From the NCBI GenBank assembly GCA_964394815.1, contig CAYMZC010000001.1, positions 1 to 52,178 of the forward strand: DNA of 52,178 nt, given 5' to 3'. The number at the start of each line of letters is the position of its first letter. Positions within the stretch are counted from its first letter, which is position 1. The position numbers and the translations under genes are program-made. This document shows, piece after piece, positions 50,010 through 52,178 of the stretch. Below the pieces are notes generated by a model. That model searched no databases and was not told where the DNA came from. It saw only the letters and a program-made list of their open reading frames with translations. This DNA is from an uncultured Sandaracinobacter sp. (GTDB lineage Bacteria > Pseudomonadota > Alphaproteobacteria > Sphingomonadales > Sphingomonadaceae).

Positions 50010-51121
50010 GGGCTGACCCTTTCCTCGCGCACGATCCTGCGCCAGCCCCAGGCAAGGGCGATCAGCAGCAGGCCCCCTGTCACCAGCCCGCCGCCAGTGG
50101 CCGCCAGTGAACCGAACAGTTCGACGTAGATGATGAAGATGCGCAGCGCGATGGCGGCGACGGCGGTGGCGAACAGGGTTGACCATCCGCTTGCCGATGC
50201 CCCGCGCGCCACGGCCGCCCACATCAGCGTATAGACGATGATGCCGAGGAGGCGGCTGGCCATGTGATCGGGGTGGGGAATGGCCAGCGCAAGGCCAAGG
50301 GCAAGCGGCGGGCCGAGGAAGAGCGGCAGGATGAGCGACCGGGGGATTCCCCCGCCGCGCGCCAGCAAAAGCCCGGCGAGCGCGACCGCCAGCAAGGGCA
50401 GCAGCCTTGCCGCATTGTCGAGCGCCTGCACGGAGGTGATGTTGGAGGCCCAGGCGAAATGGGCGATGCTGGCGCCGGCCAGTGTCAGCACGATGCCGGC
50501 TTCGCGCAGGGCGGCGCGGAAGGCCGGCTGAAGCCGCCAGCGGTCGAGCGCGAGCAGAAGCAGCAGCAACGGCACGGCCATCGCCGCCCCCTGCGCCAGA
50601 AGCCAGGGGCCGCCGCGGTCGATCGTGTCGACGGCCATGGCCAGTGGGCCGAAAAGCGCCATGGCGGAAAATTGCAGCCCCGTGAGCCTCGTGGCGCCGC
50701 CCAGAAGCAGCGCCGGCCCCGCAAGCGCCAGCCACAGCAGCAGTGCATGCCAGAGTGGGCCTGCCAGCTGATAGACCTGGGCCTGAAGCGCGATTCCCGC
50801 CAGTGTCAGGAGGCTGAACAGGAAGAGCGACCCTTCGGCCAGCCAGCGCCGGGCATCCCGTCGGGCTATCCAGTGGGTGGCCGCAGCACCCGCCAGAAGC
50901 GCCATGTGCAGGCCGAGCTTCAGCCCGTCGGGGATGCGGTCCCAGTTGGCTGAAACAAGAAGGATGATGCCAAGCCCGAGGGCGAAGAGGCCCAGCCCGG
51001 CGATCGCCCACAGGGCGGTCGGCCGCTCGCGCCCGGCCTCGAAGGCGCGGATGCCGTCGGCCGTGGCCGGGTCGATCAGCCCCGCATCCACCCAGCGGGC
51101 CAGATTGCGCTCAAGTGCCAT
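50006..51121 (-). CDS. DUF2157-domain integral membrane protein
   Basis: L.RWV..GLI N-terminus, [15 protein letters not shown]...[10 protein letters not shown] and C-terminal [11 protein letters not shown]. Confidence 0.8.
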   Translation of the reverse strand: MALERNLARWVDAGLIDPATADGIRAFEAGRERPTALWAIAGLGLFALGLGIILLVSANWDRIPDGLKLGLHMALLAGAAATHWIARRDARRWLAEGSLFLFSLLTLAGIALQAQVYQLAGPLWHALLLWLALAGPALLLGGATRLTGLQFSAMALFGPLAMAVDTIDRGGPWLLAQGAAMAVPLLLLLLALDRWRLQPAFRAALREAGIVLTLAGASIAHFAWASNITSVQALDNAARLLPLLAVALAGLLLARGGGIPRSLILPLFLGPPLALGLALAIPHPDHMASRLLGIIVYTLMWAAVARGASASGWSTLFATAVAAIALRIFIIYVELFGSLAATGGGLVTGGLLLIALAWGWRRIVREERVSP

Positions 51122-51202
51122 CGGGCTTGCATGCCTGCTTCCCGGAGGCTCGTCCATATGGGCCGCGCCACCGGCCTGTTCGCCCCACGGGCAAATCCCG
51201 GC

Positions 51203-51230
51203 CTTTCATCGCGCCGCCGCGTTCCTACAT
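51203..51230 (+). promoter_or_regulatory. Putative RpoH (sigma-32) heat-shock promoter for hslVU
   Basis: CTTT-N17-CCTACAT is close to the alphaproteobacterial RpoH consensus CTTG-N17-CCTATAT, and lies upstream of known heat-shock genes. Confidence 0.55.
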
Positions 51231-51291
51231 GTGGAACCCGATAGGAAGAAAAGGGCCGATGCGGCCCGATATGGAAAGGCATGCTTCCCGC

Positions 51292-51834
51292 ATGAGCGAA
51301 GTTCAGACCTGGCACGGCACGACCATCCTGTCCGTGCGCAAGGGCGGCAAGGTTGTGGTGGCCGGCGACGGTCAGGTGTCGCTGGGCCAGACGGTGATCA
51401 AGCCCAATGCCCGCAAGGTTCGAAGGCTGGGGGCCGATGGCAAGGTCATCGGCGGCTTCGCCGGTTCGACCGCCGATGCCTTCACCCTGTTCGAGCGGCT
51501 GGAAGCCAAGCTGGAACGTTTTCCCGGCCAGCTGACACGCGCCGCCGTCGAACTCGCCAAGGACTGGCGGCAGGATCGTTACCTGCGGCGGCTTGAGGCG
51601 ATGATGATCGTCGCGGACAGCGAGGCAACCCTCATCCTGACCGGCACCGGGGATGTGCTCGAGCCCAATGACGGCATCGCCGCCATCGGCTCGGGGGGCA
51701 ATTATGCGCTGGCGGCCGCCCGGGCGCTGGCCGACCAGCCGCTCGACGCCGAGGCCATCGCCCGCAGGTCGATGCGGATTGCCGCCGACATCTGCGTCTA
51801 CACCAACGACCAGCTGACCGTGGAAACCCTTTGA
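51292..51834 (+). CDS. hslV: ATP-dependent protease subunit HslV
   Basis: HGTTILSVR (N-terminal Thr nucleophile), [25 protein letters not shown] and ICVYTN. Confidence 0.98.
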   Translation: MSEVQTWHGTTILSVRKGGKVVVAGDGQVSLGQTVIKPNARKVRRLGADGKVIGGFAGSTADAFTLFERLEAKLERFPGQLTRAAVELAKDWRQDRYLRRLEAMMIVADSEATLILTGTGDVLEPNDGIAAIGSGGNYALAAARALADQPLDAEAIARRSMRIAADICVYTNDQLTVETL

Positions 51835-51836
51835 TC

Positions 51837-52136
51837 ATGGACAGGACGATCATCGCCGACACCGCCGCCGAAGCGCTGACGCCGCGCGCCATCGTTGCCG
51901 CGCTAGACCGGCATATCGTCGGCCAGACAGATGCGAAGAAGGCGGTCGCCGTCGCACTCAGGAACCGCTGGCGCCGCCAGCAGCTGCCGCCCGAACTGCG
52001 CGACGAGGTGACGCCCAAGAACATCCTGATGATCGGGCCGACGGGCTGCGGCAAGACGGAGATCAGCCGCCGGCTGGCGAAGCTGGCCGATGCCCCGTTC
52101 CTGAAGATCGAGGCCACGAAGTTCACTGAGGTCGGC
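51837..52136 (+). CDS. hslU: ATP-dependent protease ATPase subunit HslU, first 100 codons only (truncated at contig end)
   Basis: Manual translation: MDRTII...[34 protein letters not shown]...[41 protein letters not shown]. Not in the ORF track. Confidence 0.97.
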
Positions 52137-52178
52137 AGATCGGAAGAGCGTCGTGTAGGGAAAGAGTGTACGTCCTGG
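52137..52178 (+). other. Illumina TruSeq adapter read-through plus i5 index (technical artefact)
   Basis: AGATCGGAAGAGCGTCGTGTAGGGAAAGAGTGT (52137-52169), then ACGTCCTG and G. Confidence 0.98.

Noticed and set aside
51837-52178. hslU pseudogene or novel C-terminal fusion
   Set aside because: The break coincides exactly with the sequencing adapter.

Overview
This is a GC-rich chromosomal segment from an alphaproteobacterium. Gene content and protein style suggest Sphingomonadales, which is an inference. It is almost entirely core or housekeeping DNA: trmFO, nadB, leuC, fabD-fabG-acpP-fabF-mltG, an acyl-CoA dehydrogenase pair plus CoA ligase, lgt, aminopeptidase P, a Ca2+/H+ antiporter, Fe/Mn-SOD, a Ktr/Trk K+ uptake pair, mnmC, phhA, cobB, dapB, infA-maf-rng-yacG-tRNA-Phe, two L,D-transpeptidases, mutS, maeB, acnA, a GGDEF protein, transporters and hslV-hslU'. 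I see no prophage, IS, integrase, CRISPR-cas or defence island, and I cannot honestly support a clearly new system. The best leads are an uncharacterised DUF2157/GDYXXLXY membrane pair divergent from hslVU, three intergenic short-repeat arrays (including 6 x 16 bp between acpP and fabF), a Zur-like palindrome before a MerC-domain gene, and a single-base frameshift in pgeF (yfiH). The last 42 nt are an untrimmed Illumina TruSeq adapter plus i5 index that truncates hslU, so the contig end is an artefact. Family assignments come from motif recognition by eye; no database searches were run.
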